A DNA stretch of 64,000 nucleotides from Setoptus koraiensis (taxonomy: Eukaryota > Animalia > Arthropoda), in NCBI GenBank assembly GCA_048013815.1, contig CM106585.1, positions 16,182,001-16,246,000 on the forward strand, read 5' to 3'. This document shows, in pieces, positions 27,257 to 39,539 of this stretch (the first letter of the stretch is position 1; each line of letters begins with the position of its first letter). The notes under the pieces were generated by a model. It saw only the letters and a list, made by a program, of their open reading frames with translations, did no database searches and was not told where the DNA came from. The translations under genes and the position numbers were made by a program.

Positions 27257-28151
27257 TCAGTTTTCGATTCTTTTTCTGCGAGGTCTCAAAGATTTGGCCC
27301 TGCCAACGCGCGCAGATTTGATAAGATCATCAGAATTTGTGGACATTGCGTCACTTTCAACAGGCGAAATTGTTTCCACTACGGTCACTTCACTATCAAC
27401 CATGGGTACATCATTGATATCGTCAACCTTGGGAGGCTCGACGTATTCGACAACCTTGGGTGATTCATCGATATCATCGACAATCATGGGCGAATCATCA
27501 TAATTATTGTTATTAAGGCTGGTCTTGGTGTTGGTGATGGACAGTGTCCTATTTGGGCCATCATCAGCTGGCGATGTAGAAATATTAAAACTGGGCAGTC
27601 CTTCACTGGTTGCAATCATTACTCTTAAAAAGACGGATATCACCTTAGGCGCCAACTTGGAGCATTCTGTCCACAATCTCCTGATGATCACATTGCCCAA
27701 ACGACTAGTGTTATCAAAATAAACATCGATGGTCCTCTCGTGGTTGGTCAATTCCTGGTTTATAACATGAGTAAATATCAGCTTTGCTCCATGGCCGTTC
27801 AATGAGACGATCCATATTAAGAACATTATCTTGAGTTCATAATAAAATGGGAACCAGATCCCCAGAAATATGTCTAAGAAAATTTGTACTAATTTAAAGC
27901 TGCCATATGTTACCCAATACATCATCCATCGTTGCTGTAACGTAGAAATTTCAGTTGGGGGCAAGAAGGTAAAGAGGTTGTTGTTACTGGCTGTTGGAAA
28001 TGCATTCTAGTGATACTGTTAGTAATTGTTGTCTTGTTATACATACGTATTGATGTCGGTCCCGATTTTTCATACTCTTCCATGATGCATACGCCGGATA
28101 AATTGACCCGAAAAACAATTCAATGTAGGGATATAATAACTTGGCTATCAT
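27257..28151 (-). CDS. REEP: REEP1-4 family ER-shaping protein (TB2/DP1/HVA22); exons 28151-28047 and 27934-27257
   Basis: FGSIYPAYASWK...HQY|QRWMMYW...DIFLGIWFPFYYELKI matches REEP1-4 (FGTLYPAY.SYK..EY|V.WMMYW..WFPFYYELK). Donor GTATGT at 28046, acceptor GTTACAG at 27935, phase 0, 112-nt intron after codon 35. Confidence 0.92.
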
Positions 28152-28202
28152 GGCTGTCGACGGAAATGAATCAGACACGGTGAGTGTCTGTTTGTGTGTG
28201 TG

Positions 28203-28233
<31 letters not shown>

Positions 28234-29263
28234 ATGTGTTTATGCCAACGTCACCATCATGACTGTTACGGTGTTGGATGCGTTGAGTTGGTTAATGCAA
28301 AAAGAACAAGCGGACGGACAGACAGGCCGACTGAGACTGGCTCACTGTGTGCATTGATTTGAGGCAGTCGTGGCCATGTTCGTGTATATTTATAAACATA
28401 CACAGTGAACACATACACAGACAGAAGCAAGTCCAGAGTGGCGATATCAGACCGACAGGCTGTAGCAAGGCGTCGTCGAAGGCGAGAACGACGACGACGA
28501 TATATCTCGTTGGACTATACTGGGTGTAATCTAACTTCTGTCCGAATCTCTGCGCACACGCACAAAGGGCTACTTGTGTGCTGCTTGTACAGATGATAAG
28601 CACAATCGTCACTTTGTGCCTTTGTGCTTGAACACACTTTTCGCACAACAATTCCATAGGCTGCACAAGAGCGACCGATTTACGCACACATGCCATTTTC
28701 AGATTTGTGTGTACAAAAGTTCGCACAGAGAATCGGGCTAAAGTCCGAATACACCCAGTGAAGACATCATACAATCAGGCCTTACCACGGTGTCTAAAAA
28801 CCACTCCAACTGGCAGCAATAGGTCGACAGCAACTGTACTGTTGTGAATTTTGCAAACAGGAACTAGAATCATTCAAAGAATAGATCTAGAACGGAGGGA
28901 CCTTAATAATTTACAGGGAGAGAAGAGAGATAAAAAAATTTAAACAAATTGTAAAATTACAGAGAGAAAGAAGGGAAACAATCGAGAGACAGACAGAGAA
29001 ACAAGCATACACTCACTCTAACACACTCACACACACACTCAGAAATACACAAACAGACATTCACACTGTTAAACAGACAGGCAAACGAATTTTGATATCT
29101 GATCTACAAATTAATATCACTTTTATCATAATTGTAATATCAATTTTCTTCAGTAATTCACTCAACTGGTTTGCACCTCAGCCTCTTACAGCAATTTTAA
29201 CACGAACCAACACATCATAATACAATTGCTAATCCATAATAATTAATATATTGAATAAAAACT

Positions 29264-29899
29264 ATGGCCGATAACCAAGATCAAAACAATGGAGGAGTCC
29301 AGGGAGTGAAACAGAGCCTACAAAATAGATTGCAAAGTAACAAACAGCTTGTACTCAAATTACACTCCATCCTAACCTGGGAACAAGATTATTATCCAAT
29401 TGTGATTGCAGCTGCTACAAGCTTTCTATTCTTAGTTGTCTACTTATTGGACAGGTCTGTTCTTACAACACTATCATTCATTGGTATTGCCGCTACCATA
29501 CTAGATTATTCTTTACCATTCATCACTAAAAGTTTTCTAAGCACCAACAAATGGACTGACAAGGACACCCAAAAATTTGAAAAGATTTGCCTGGAGTTGG
29601 CCAAATCGTACCAATTCGTTAGGTTTGCCTTCGACTACATGCAAGATCTGAAATCCAAGAAACCTAAAGTCTATTATGCCTCTATGTCGAGTCTATTCTT
29701 GACATTAGCATGGATTGGTGGTCAATTCAATAATCTATTCTTAACTTATCTACTTGTTCTACTGATTGTATTTTACCCTGGTCTTGAAAAGAAGAATGTG
29801 CCACAAAAGATCTTCGAGAGTGTAGCATCTAAACTAGGCAAGCGGCCGACAGCACCATCATCCGGAGGAGATAGAAGAAGTTCGGGAGGAAGAAAATAA
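29264..29899 (+). CDS. ARL6IP1: ARL6-interacting protein 1 (reticulon-like ER hairpin protein), single exon, 211 aa
   Basis: Motifs LTWEQDYYP, ILDY, KFEKICLEL, LKSKKPKVY and LAWIGGQFNNLFLTYLLVLLIVFYPGL, with two long hydrophobic hairpins. Confidence 0.92.
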   Translation: MADNQDQNNGGVQGVKQSLQNRLQSNKQLVLKLHSILTWEQDYYPIVIAAATSFLFLVVYLLDRSVLTTLSFIGIAATILDYSLPFITKSFLSTNKWTDKDTQKFEKICLELAKSYQFVRFAFDYMQDLKSKKPKVYYASMSSLFLTLAWIGGQFNNLFLTYLLVLLIVFYPGLEKKNVPQKIFESVASKLGKRPTAPSSGGDRRSSGGRK

Positions 29900-30641
29900 T
29901 AGTAATAGTAGCTATTAGTAGTATTGGGTGATTGAGATCTTATCCTCAGTTTGCACATTGCACTCTTTTGATTTTTCTGTTCTGTGCAAAGGCGAAAGGG
30001 GCCCTTTTCTGGTATATGGGGTGCACTCTGATGTGCTTGCGCAAGGTTATACTCTCGTGAAAATGAAATACAAAATATGCTCAGCGCATGCTATTGGAAC
30101 AATGCGTTTCTATACCAAACCGCCGAGGAAGAGATCTCGATCGCCCTATGACAATAAAATCGTAATGAATAATAATATTTCTTTTATATTGGTGGTAGTT
30201 GGCATCACTAAATAACATTTTCAAAAAACATTAGTTTGTCAAATACATATATAAAAGATGATAATCAACATTCTGACAACATCAGAAATCAATTAAAATT
30301 TTAATTCCTAGTTTGTTCTCTTGAATAAGAAACGATCTGTATTAAGTCACTCTCACCACTAGACACTAACAAATTTTTAATAATTGGTGGTCAAAAGGCA
30401 GTGCCGACAATAGATGTCAAAAGTAGTGCCCATCATTGAGTTCGGAATATCTGCTGAGGAGAATCTTGGACATTTGAAACAAGACATTCTCGTATATTGT
30501 GATGATTCCCTAATATTTATCATTCGTTATCGTTGGGCCCCAAAAAAACCTCTTCCGTGCCTTTTTTTTTATGAAATGATATGATGTGTTACAGAGGCGA
30601 TGCCATAGTTCTAATCATGATACGGGTCCTTCATGATCTCT

Positions 30642-33600
30642 TCAACTGCTGCTTTTCCGACTGGATGTTGGTAACTGAGCAAGCTTTTTATACATAGAAG
30701 AATTTATGAATCTTGGATAAGAATCTCTGTGCATCAAAGTATAAATTTGAAGTTGTGCCTCATCAAATATGTCAGCTGTGGGGGACTCCATGTTTTTATT
30801 TATAACTTCCCTAACCCTGGAATCTAAACTGACCTGTTATTCAATGAATAGTGGTTAGAGAAGAACTTTGGAGTTAGTACAAGTAGCCTATATGTGTGCA
30901 AATCTTCAGTGATTAATGACTTACTTCTTTAGTTGACAATATAGATATGTAATCTTCATATATCATCCTTGCTTTGGTCTCAATTGAATGTAAATCTTTT
31001 TCTCTTTTAAGTTCTTGACAAGCAAGCCAGAATAATATATTTTCCTCACTATATTCGCACCTAAGAAAGTCACGGAATACGCGGCGACCATCTGGAAAAA
31101 CAATTTAAAGCGATTTAGTACATGATCTGCAATATAACTCTAGCGTAACTCTAGAATATAGTAGTTTTTACTCAGTTGTTAGACTTACCGTAGCATTTCA
31201 TCAATCTGTCGAAAGATTCACCCCATGAACGTATTTCTTCCAAAGAAGGCCTAGAAAATAGATTGAATAATAAAAGGTATGTATATATAGGTTAATGTGC
31301 TATCGCTCTTTCGAATGTGACCAGTAAGCAAGGGTACTTTTTTCGGTATCAGTTTTTGTTTGCAGAAAAACTTACGTTCCACAAGTTGACATCATATCAC
31401 ATCTACCAGTTTGATTGGTTCTATCTCCACCATTGTTGTGAGATAGTTTTGAATCTCGATGACAAATACTTCGATGGGACAAACTGGGTGAAAAAAAGAA
31501 TAAAAGAATTAATAAAAAATCTTGCTAGCAGATATAGTATATTTATAAGTTGATTACAAGTAACTCACCCAGAGCACGGACAGCAACAACACCAACAGAG
31601 CTTGCAACGTCGATCTGTGTTTACATAATCACTTCCTTTCACCTGGGTTGTCGTGACATCTCCAACGGAAAAGTTAGAGCTCGAGCACTTGATTGGGTCT
31701 ACTGTTAGTAGATCAGCCGATTCTTTTTCGATTGACCCTTTCGAAGATAACCTCAAGTTCTTTCCGACTTGCCTAGATGGAGCAATATTTTCTTTAGTTT
31801 CCAGATTATTTTCAACTTGTCTATTTGAGTTAGATATATTGATTTCACGACATTGGTCAGCAGCTTCCTTAGCTACCTTGTTGGAGAAAGATCTGTCATT
31901 TTCGGTCGATTGAATCGAAGCTGTTGGCTGGCATGGAATCACAAATTCACCTCGTGCTTGGCTGACTCCATTAGTGACTAACGAATCAATATTATTACTT
32001 TGATATTGATCTGATCTGGCTGTTTGTTCGCTCAAATTTTGTTGATGTTTAGATTTCTCGATGGTGATTTTGTTGTCATTCTCAAGACTGTTGGACATAT
32101 CCATTTTGATAACAGCGGATGAATTATTCGCATTTGAAGATTCATTGACATGAGGAGCGCTGCGATCATCGTTGTCTAACACCATTTTGCCATCATCTTC
32201 ATCTGGTTTTGCATCTTCAGATCTAGCACTGGAAAAGCCATCAGAAATATGCCTCGGCTGGGAATTTTCTAGTGTCATGTTATCCATCATTTCTGTGTCT
32301 GTTGCTCTTAGAGTGTCACAGTTTTGCATCGTATCTGGTGGGTCAACTGGTGTGATTTCAACATCAATGAAAGTATTCTCATTGTTTGCAGATGTTGAAA
32401 GTTGCTGATTGCTTGGTTGTTGTTCATTTTTGGCATCATTAGTTGATTTTTTGGTCCTAGCGGAATCGTTTGCCGAGACATCAGACTGTTTATTCTGGGG
32501 ATGCTTGATCAAAGGATTGTTAAGGTTTACTAGGCTGGCATCTACGGCAGATATTATGGAGCTGGTTGAATTCTTGAAACTAGCTTGTTCGTTACTACTT
32601 AGGTTGACAGGTTTTTCAACCTCATTCGGGTGGCTTGACGTACTAGCTCTGTGCTTCAATTTGTGTTTATGCTTATGATGTCCATGGTGGTGATGGTGGT
32701 GATGTTTGTGGCCGTATCTGATACTCTGATTATCCGACTGATTGTTAGTTGAGCCTTGTTGAGAAGCGGCTAGCTGCACATTGGGTGCATTTTGAATGGG
32801 TTGTTGCTGTGAAAAACTTGACTGATTATTGATCGCTTGATGTTCGCGATGTGTGTTGGGATGATGGTGATGATGATGGTTGTGATGATGGTGATGGTGG
32901 CGTTGCGACTTGCCTTGACTGCTGAGTCTATGATTGCAACATGTTGGCTGTGTTGATGCTGACATTAAGGAATTTTGTTCATTGTGTTTCCTAGCATTCG
33001 GAATATCTTTTGTTGACAATCTACAACTGTTGTTGCTGCTGTCCATAGGTTCGTTCTCCCTTATTATATCGGCTTGTATAGTTTTAAAAGATTGTAATTC
33101 GTTTTGGAAGCCGATAGGTGCTGGCAATGTATTTTCGTCAATATTACCACTCATACTTCTAGTTTTATGAGATGGCTGTTGTTTACTGTGTTGCTTTTGG
33201 GAAGATTGGATAGTTTGGTGTTGTCGCTCATCTAGCTTATCTAGTACACGAGCTTTTGTTGCTAATGGTCCAGATGCATTCGATATCACGGTGGTAGCCG
33301 AGGTCACTGTTGCTGAGCTACTACTAGATGTTGTTTGCATTTTCGCTACACAGCCTATCTCAATAGAAGATGATTGAGAACATGTAGATAAACTTTTCGA
33401 CGATTTTGACTCATTGATTTTTACCTGATCACAACCATGTTGGTCATGTTTTGATTGATGGCGATGATAATGATGTGAGTGAGCGCAATGATTGAATGAT
33501 GGACATTGTTTAGATTCGTTGCAATAGTTGTTGCTGTCGTTATTGGAAGAAGACACTACCTTGGCTGATGTTGCAAATTTAGATTGAGATGGCTTAGTAA

Positions 33601-34774
33601 AATCTGTAGTTGTTTGCTCATCGTGATTATTGATCATCTCTTGACTTCTCTTTTTATTATTGTGATGATGATGCCTATGGTGATGATGGTGACCATGGGA
33701 TTGATTATGATGATGATGTTGATGCGAACTATGATGACATTTGACTAAATCGATACTTACATTATTAGTATCATTATTTAAACTATTATTAGCACCTGAG
33801 CAAGATGGCAATGTGTCACTTCGATCAGATAATCTGGACAATTTTCTATCATGACCTAACTTTGTTGAGCCTAACGATGTGGATGAGTTTGTTGGAATAT
33901 CTTCACGGGCAATGTTAGCTGATGATGAGCCAACATTTGTTGTGTTAATACAGTTATTATTGTGATTTGACGATTGGTTATATTTTGTTTTGCTCTCATC
34001 GGTCGAATGTTGATGGTAATGTTGATGATAATTGTGTTTATGATGGTGGTGATGCTTTGGGCAGCAAGCTTTGCTGCATGTGTTTTTTGTTCTTTTATGG
34101 CTTACAATGAAATTGGGTTCTATATTTGCTGAGTTTATAGAAGATTGTAATTTAGCATCTAATTGTTGCTGTTCTTGTTGATTGCTATTATTATTACTAT
34201 TTCCAGGAATTCTATTTTTTGTACTGTCTAAATTATCGTCCATAGTATCTTGATGGTGATCGTTAGATGCTGACACTGAACTAACTTTTTCATTGTTTTT
34301 GCTGCAGGGAGAATTGTTGGTGGCATCTTCATGCATTTGTATTCTGATTGTGTTGACCAATCGATGAGGTTCGTTTAGACTCAGATTATTATTATCGACT
34401 TGAGCAGGCTCGATTTTGGTCTCCTCTATCATCTGTTCACTTCCACTTTCATTATTCTCATCATATTCTTTTTTAATCATATGAGGATCCTCTGAGACCT
34501 CTTCGCTGGCCGACATCGGTTGTTCGTTGTTTTGAGACATGTCCAATGACACAACCATACTATCGTTGTTATTTTCATCATCATCAATACTTAAGCTCCT
34601 GTCAATATCATGAACATTTGAACCATCGATTGAGTTGTTGTTGTTATCGTCAACCTGGCATGGTTGATCAGGTCCATGATGGCGGTTGTCTAGCGTTGTC
34701 CCTATGGCTGTTGATGATTGTTGTAGATGATGTGGTTGGGGCGGCTGTTGTTGAGGGTCGTCAGCCTCGTGCAT
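30642..34774 (-). CDS. RGS17/19/20: RZ-subfamily regulator of G-protein signaling (RGS17/19/20-like) with a very long low-complexity N-terminus; exons 34774-31569, 31483-31376, 31250-31189, 31091-30925, 30833-30642; ~1244 aa
   Basis: The 1069-aa ORF ends in the RZ cysteine string CKLCWCCCCPCS at a GTGAGT donor. Four small downstream exons with GT-AG sites and consistent phases (2,2,1,0) give PSLEEIRSWGESFDRLMK-GRRVFRDFLRCEYSEENILFWLAC-KARMIYEDYISILSTKE|VSLDSRVREVINKN-AQLQIYTLMHRDSYPRF, a near-canonical RGS box. Confidence 0.93.
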
Positions 34775-35387
34775 TTGACGCTTTTTGTGACAAATGATTG
34801 CCTCTTGGCGTCGATGCCTTTCCGTATGTTCAACAGCAGCAGTTATGAATGTATTTTACCAATATACTTCGCTTTATGTGCGGTAGTTACAGTTAACCTG
34901 ATTTGGCAATAGTTGTTGTGAGAGCAGCCCCACAAGTAGACATCCTGGTTATGGGGTAGCATCAATCAAAGACTGAATTGGCGCATAAATTGGCTCTTAT
35001 GTTTCAATGATTAATACAATTTGAAGCTAGAAATTGATATAAATTCACTCTCGAGGTGGCAATGTTATTTTGTTAGTCCGTTTGTGGATTGGGTCCTCTG
35101 TTAGTATCAAGTGTCAGGGTATATGTGTGTGTGAGTGTGTGTATGTGTGTGAACTGAATTGGGGTCCAAATAATGAAAACGGTTGTGTATTGAGCAGAAA
35201 ATAGACTGTTTTAAATAGCGATCAATCAATCAATACTGATAATAATGTATGTGTGGGTATGTGTGTGTGTTTGTGTGTGTATATGATGTAAATATAGTTC
35301 TTTGAAAAGGTTCGCTAGATGCTGGGTTTTTGGCCTGTTATAGTTTTTTGTAAATTGTGTCCGCTAATAGAATCGTATTGTTTGTTC

Positions 35388-35393
35388 TATATT

Positions 35394-35437
<44 letters not shown>

Positions 35438-35443
35438 AATATA
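35388..35443. repeat. 56-bp perfect palindrome: TATATTGAC-(TA)19-GTCAATATA
   Basis: The unique flanks are exact reverse complements, and the central TA run is self-complementary. Confidence 0.9.
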
Positions 35444-35894
35444 TATATTTATTTGTATATATATTTGTGTGTGTGTAGCCTAGTTGTAAGTACCAAATAG
35501 ATAGATGTGCAAGGATAAACGACTAATACGATATACTTACTGGCTCATATAAACAAAATTAGCTCGCTTGGCGAGGTAATACAATTGATAATAATAATAA
35601 CTTAATAATAGTGATAACGGTAACTACAATAGTGGTAATATTGATGGTGATAATATTGCAATGGTCATAGCAGTAGTAGTGATAATAATAATACTAATGA
35701 TATAATTTATTTATTAATAATAATTGTTGTTATTTTCAAAAGAAACAATAGACCATTTTTCTGCAATATTCGAATAAATATTTTATGATGTGGGGGCGGG
35801 ATGCAACAATAATAACAAACTCTGACGATAATATTCGATCGCGAATAGAACTAATGTTGTTTTGTGTCGTTGTCCTAGCTGTACACACACACAC

Positions 35895-35938
<44 letters not shown>

Positions 35939-36149
35939 TATACGGCCTACGTACACTGCGCTGGCTATATACATCTCCCGCACTGGCCCTATGTAGTGTG
36001 TGGTCTACAGCGACAACGACGATTCGATGAAAAACAGGGTCAACGCAGTTAGCTGCCCATAGCCAGCCCTCAATGGTGTTTCCTGGTATGGATAACTAAC
36101 TATATCAGCCATTGCCCAACAACGGCAGCCCTCTGCTTGTCTACACAAG

Positions 36150-36186
<37 letters not shown>

Positions 36187-36701
36187 GCTCTGGAAGCGTG
36201 CAATATTCGATTTGAATTGGGGAGATCGCGGAATGGGGGGGGGGGGAGCGCGCGCTCCAAGCTCGCCATTCGCAAGCGCTGATGCTGCTGGCCCAACAAG
36301 CACATCTACACATGGGTTCATTCAAATTCCAATCTACACAAGCACGCATAACACGACGCTGCGCGCAACGGTGCTGGCTGGCCGATCGAGCCTTTACCAT
36401 AGAGGCCCACAGTTCTAATGTAACGTGCATACAGCGAGCGCCTGGATGTGGCGAGCGATGTGTGTGCAGCTGAGGCCCCATTACCACTGCACACAAGAGC
36501 ACACATAGACAGTCACACACAAAAGAAAAGCACAGAACGCACACGAGTCTGCACCAGAAGCTCTGGTTTAGCCCCAATTTTGTTTGGGCCGACCAAGTTA
36601 TAGGCGCCAGTGGCGCGTTGCACAGACGCACAACTGCTAGCACTGCTCGTGCACTGGCATGTCTAGGCCAGCCAGGCTAGATGGGGGGGGGGGATCTGGG
36701 C

Positions 36702-36745
<44 letters not shown>

Positions 36746-38266
36746 CACAAAAGTGGAGCTAGCGCTCCAGCGAGTATGGTCTAGCTTGCTCTGTTATACA
36801 CACAATAAAGTTGTGTGTGTGTGTGTGTGTGTGTGTGCCAGCACAGTAGTAGCGCTACTGAATTGCGGGGGACGGGGGAACGGGCCACAGAATGCAGCGA
36901 ACCACCGCCAGAGCGCAATACACGTATATGTGTGTATGTGTGCGAGTGTTTGTGTGGGGGTGCATGTGTGCGCGCTGACAGTCAGACAGCAAAACTGGCG
37001 AAGAAGAAAGAGTAAAGACAGAGTGCAAGATGGAGTTCTCAGATGATTAGGCCGATAACGACGACGATCTTTGCAGGACCAAACATGCATGATGGTGCCG
37101 ATAACCAGCGAGAGCTCTATATTTGTTCTTTGCGCCCTTCGCGATACTCGCTATCGCTGGCAAGCTAGCATAAAGCAGCTAGCTTGCCAATTGCCGTCTG
37201 GGGCCGAATTAGCAGCTAATATATATCGCGCGCGCTGATGATACTTCTAGCTAGAGTGGTCCGCGAGCCGATGCATGGGTGCTGGAGGCCTGCGTGTGTA
37301 TGCGCTGCAGCCGGACATATGAATACAAACAGACTCTCTCTCTCACATAAACACACGTAGTCTGCAGACAAACAAGCCAGCGAGCTCGTGCAAATCATCA
37401 AGCAGGTAAATTCTGTGCATATTATAGTAGACAAAATGTGTGCTGTAGGCTGGCGCAAAATATAAGCCATTTATACAAATAGATCTGGGCTGCCTTGTGA
37501 TGTGTTGCATAACAATGCAGCCATGGGCGCACCAACTGTGCGCTGGCGAGCCCATCATCATCGCAACGAAAACCTGAACAAATAATTGTTCAGGTAGCTA
37601 AATAATAATTATCTAACGAGATTGACGAGCCGCTGGTGGCGGCCAGCAACATTTCTGCTAATAAACTATCACAACAACGACCAAAACAATGCTGCCGGCA
37701 TTGCTGCTCCTCCAAGTCGCCTCATATCGAAAGCTGCTGCCGTCGCCGATGGTGCGCCGTGCACGCACTGCCAGAAACAATGGCCAGCACCACGAGCGGC
37801 TATTTGTATGCGGCGTAACTGATAATTGCTGGTAATGACACACGGCCATTGCCGTGTGGCATGGTCCGATGATTTTTTGATTCGCAGTCGTGTGTGCAGC
37901 GTAGTTGCTGCTGTCCGGTATACTGTTCGGCCATTCGTTTGTCCGTTTGTCCGCTTGCTAGCTGGCTGGCTGGGCAGGGCTTAATCGGTCGGTGGACAGC
38001 CTTTGTTGCGGACAGCCGCACCATCAACTAACGGATCAGAATAATTCATTAAAATACCATCGTCACCATTAGAACAACGGCGCGAGCTTGCACACACACA
38101 CACACACACAAGCAGCTGGGAGTGGGCAACAATGGCGACACCAGTGTCAGACAGGAAGCCCATCTGCCAATAACGTTGTCACCTCGCCAAAGTAATTACG
38201 CAACTACTCGTGCACTGCGAGTAAGTCCGACTGTCTGCAGAAGTAATACTAGAGCTAGAGAAGCAG

Positions 38267-38345
38267 CGACAACAACGGCAACGACAACAACGGCAACGAC
38301 AACAACGGCAACGACAACAACGGCAACGACAACAACGGCAACGAC
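38267..38345. repeat. Minisatellite: five perfect copies of CGACAACAACGGCAA plus a partial copy
   Basis: Read directly; 15-bp period with no spacers. Confidence 0.95.
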
Positions 38346-38655
38346 GAGCGAAAAAACATGCGTAAGAACAAGGAAAATAAAGAGGCTACCCGGCTGGTTG
38401 TTCGTGTGGATGTGCGCATTTTGTTGTTTGTTTTGTTTCGTTGTTTTGGTTTGAATTGGATTCGGATAGGATCAAAACGGATAGGATCCAACGGGTCTGA
38501 ATTGAATTGGATTCGTTTGGAGCGCGCGCTCCCGTTCTGGCGGCCCAGCATGCATTGTTGCTGCTGCTGCTACTATAACTGCTGCAGTGTTTGTAGCAAC
38601 AACAATGAGCTAGTCAGGTTAACTACATCACTTGCTATTGGCCTTGTGCTGTCGC

Positions 38656-38724
<69 letters not shown>

Positions 38725-38725
38725 C

Positions 38726-38756
<31 letters not shown>

Positions 38757-38790
38757 CTGTCGTTGTTGCTGCTGCTGCTGCCGTTGTAGT
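38656..38790. repeat. (TTG)n trinucleotide microsatellite with TCG/CTG variants
   Basis: Read directly; source of the poly-L/C/T ORFs in the track. Confidence 0.95.
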
Positions 38791-39485
38791 AGTTGCACGG
38801 TCCAAATTGCCTCTATTCTCTGTCAAGACGACAGCCAGAGATGCCAATGATAAGCCACGGAAGTAGCGTCCTTGCAGAGGCGTCTCCTCAAGTGGGGCCT
38901 TGTTGTGTGCGCGTGTGTATTAGTTTCTCCACTTGGATAGGTACGGCAGCAAACTTGAGAAATATATATATACAACGGTAGATAATGGTGGGTAGTTGGC
39001 GCTAGCCAAACTGTCTGACTGTGTGAGCGGTCGTTAGCAGCACATAACTAAGCATAATGTAGATTTGTAGGTGTGCGTGTTTGTAGCCCCCAGCAGGCGC
39101 GGATATTTGCTACCGCCATTGCCACCAACAGCATGTACTGCGTCTGATGTCTTGTTATATACACTGCAACACCATACTATACAGCCAGTTTAGTTTATAC
39201 TGCCAGCCAACAACACACACACACACATATTATGCTGCTAGTTGCAGTGCTGGCAGTAGTAGGTAGCAAGTGGATGTGGCAGTTTTGGGGCCCGTTCGAA
39301 GCTCACAACAATACATAAACGCGCACACGGACAAATACGCACACACACACAAAAACACACACAAACACACACATAGGGTAGGGGGTGGGAATGATTTTTT
39401 CGATACAATTGGCCATTAGATGTAAGCCGAGACAGTTTAAAATTTTCAACACCACGCGCACACTTGCCATACAATTGTGCGTGCG

Positions 39486-39539
<54 letters not shown>

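Noticed and set aside
6044-34774. Co-location of two Galpha-i/o regulators (Pins GDI and RZ-RGS GAP), and of megalin with SR-B, as functional clusters
   Set aside because: They are separated by more than 20 kb and several unrelated genes, with no shared orientation or promoter; chance is sufficient.
38267-38345. Regular 15-bp repeats as a possible CRISPR-like array
   Set aside because: Head-to-tail copies with no spacers, in a eukaryotic context with no cas genes.
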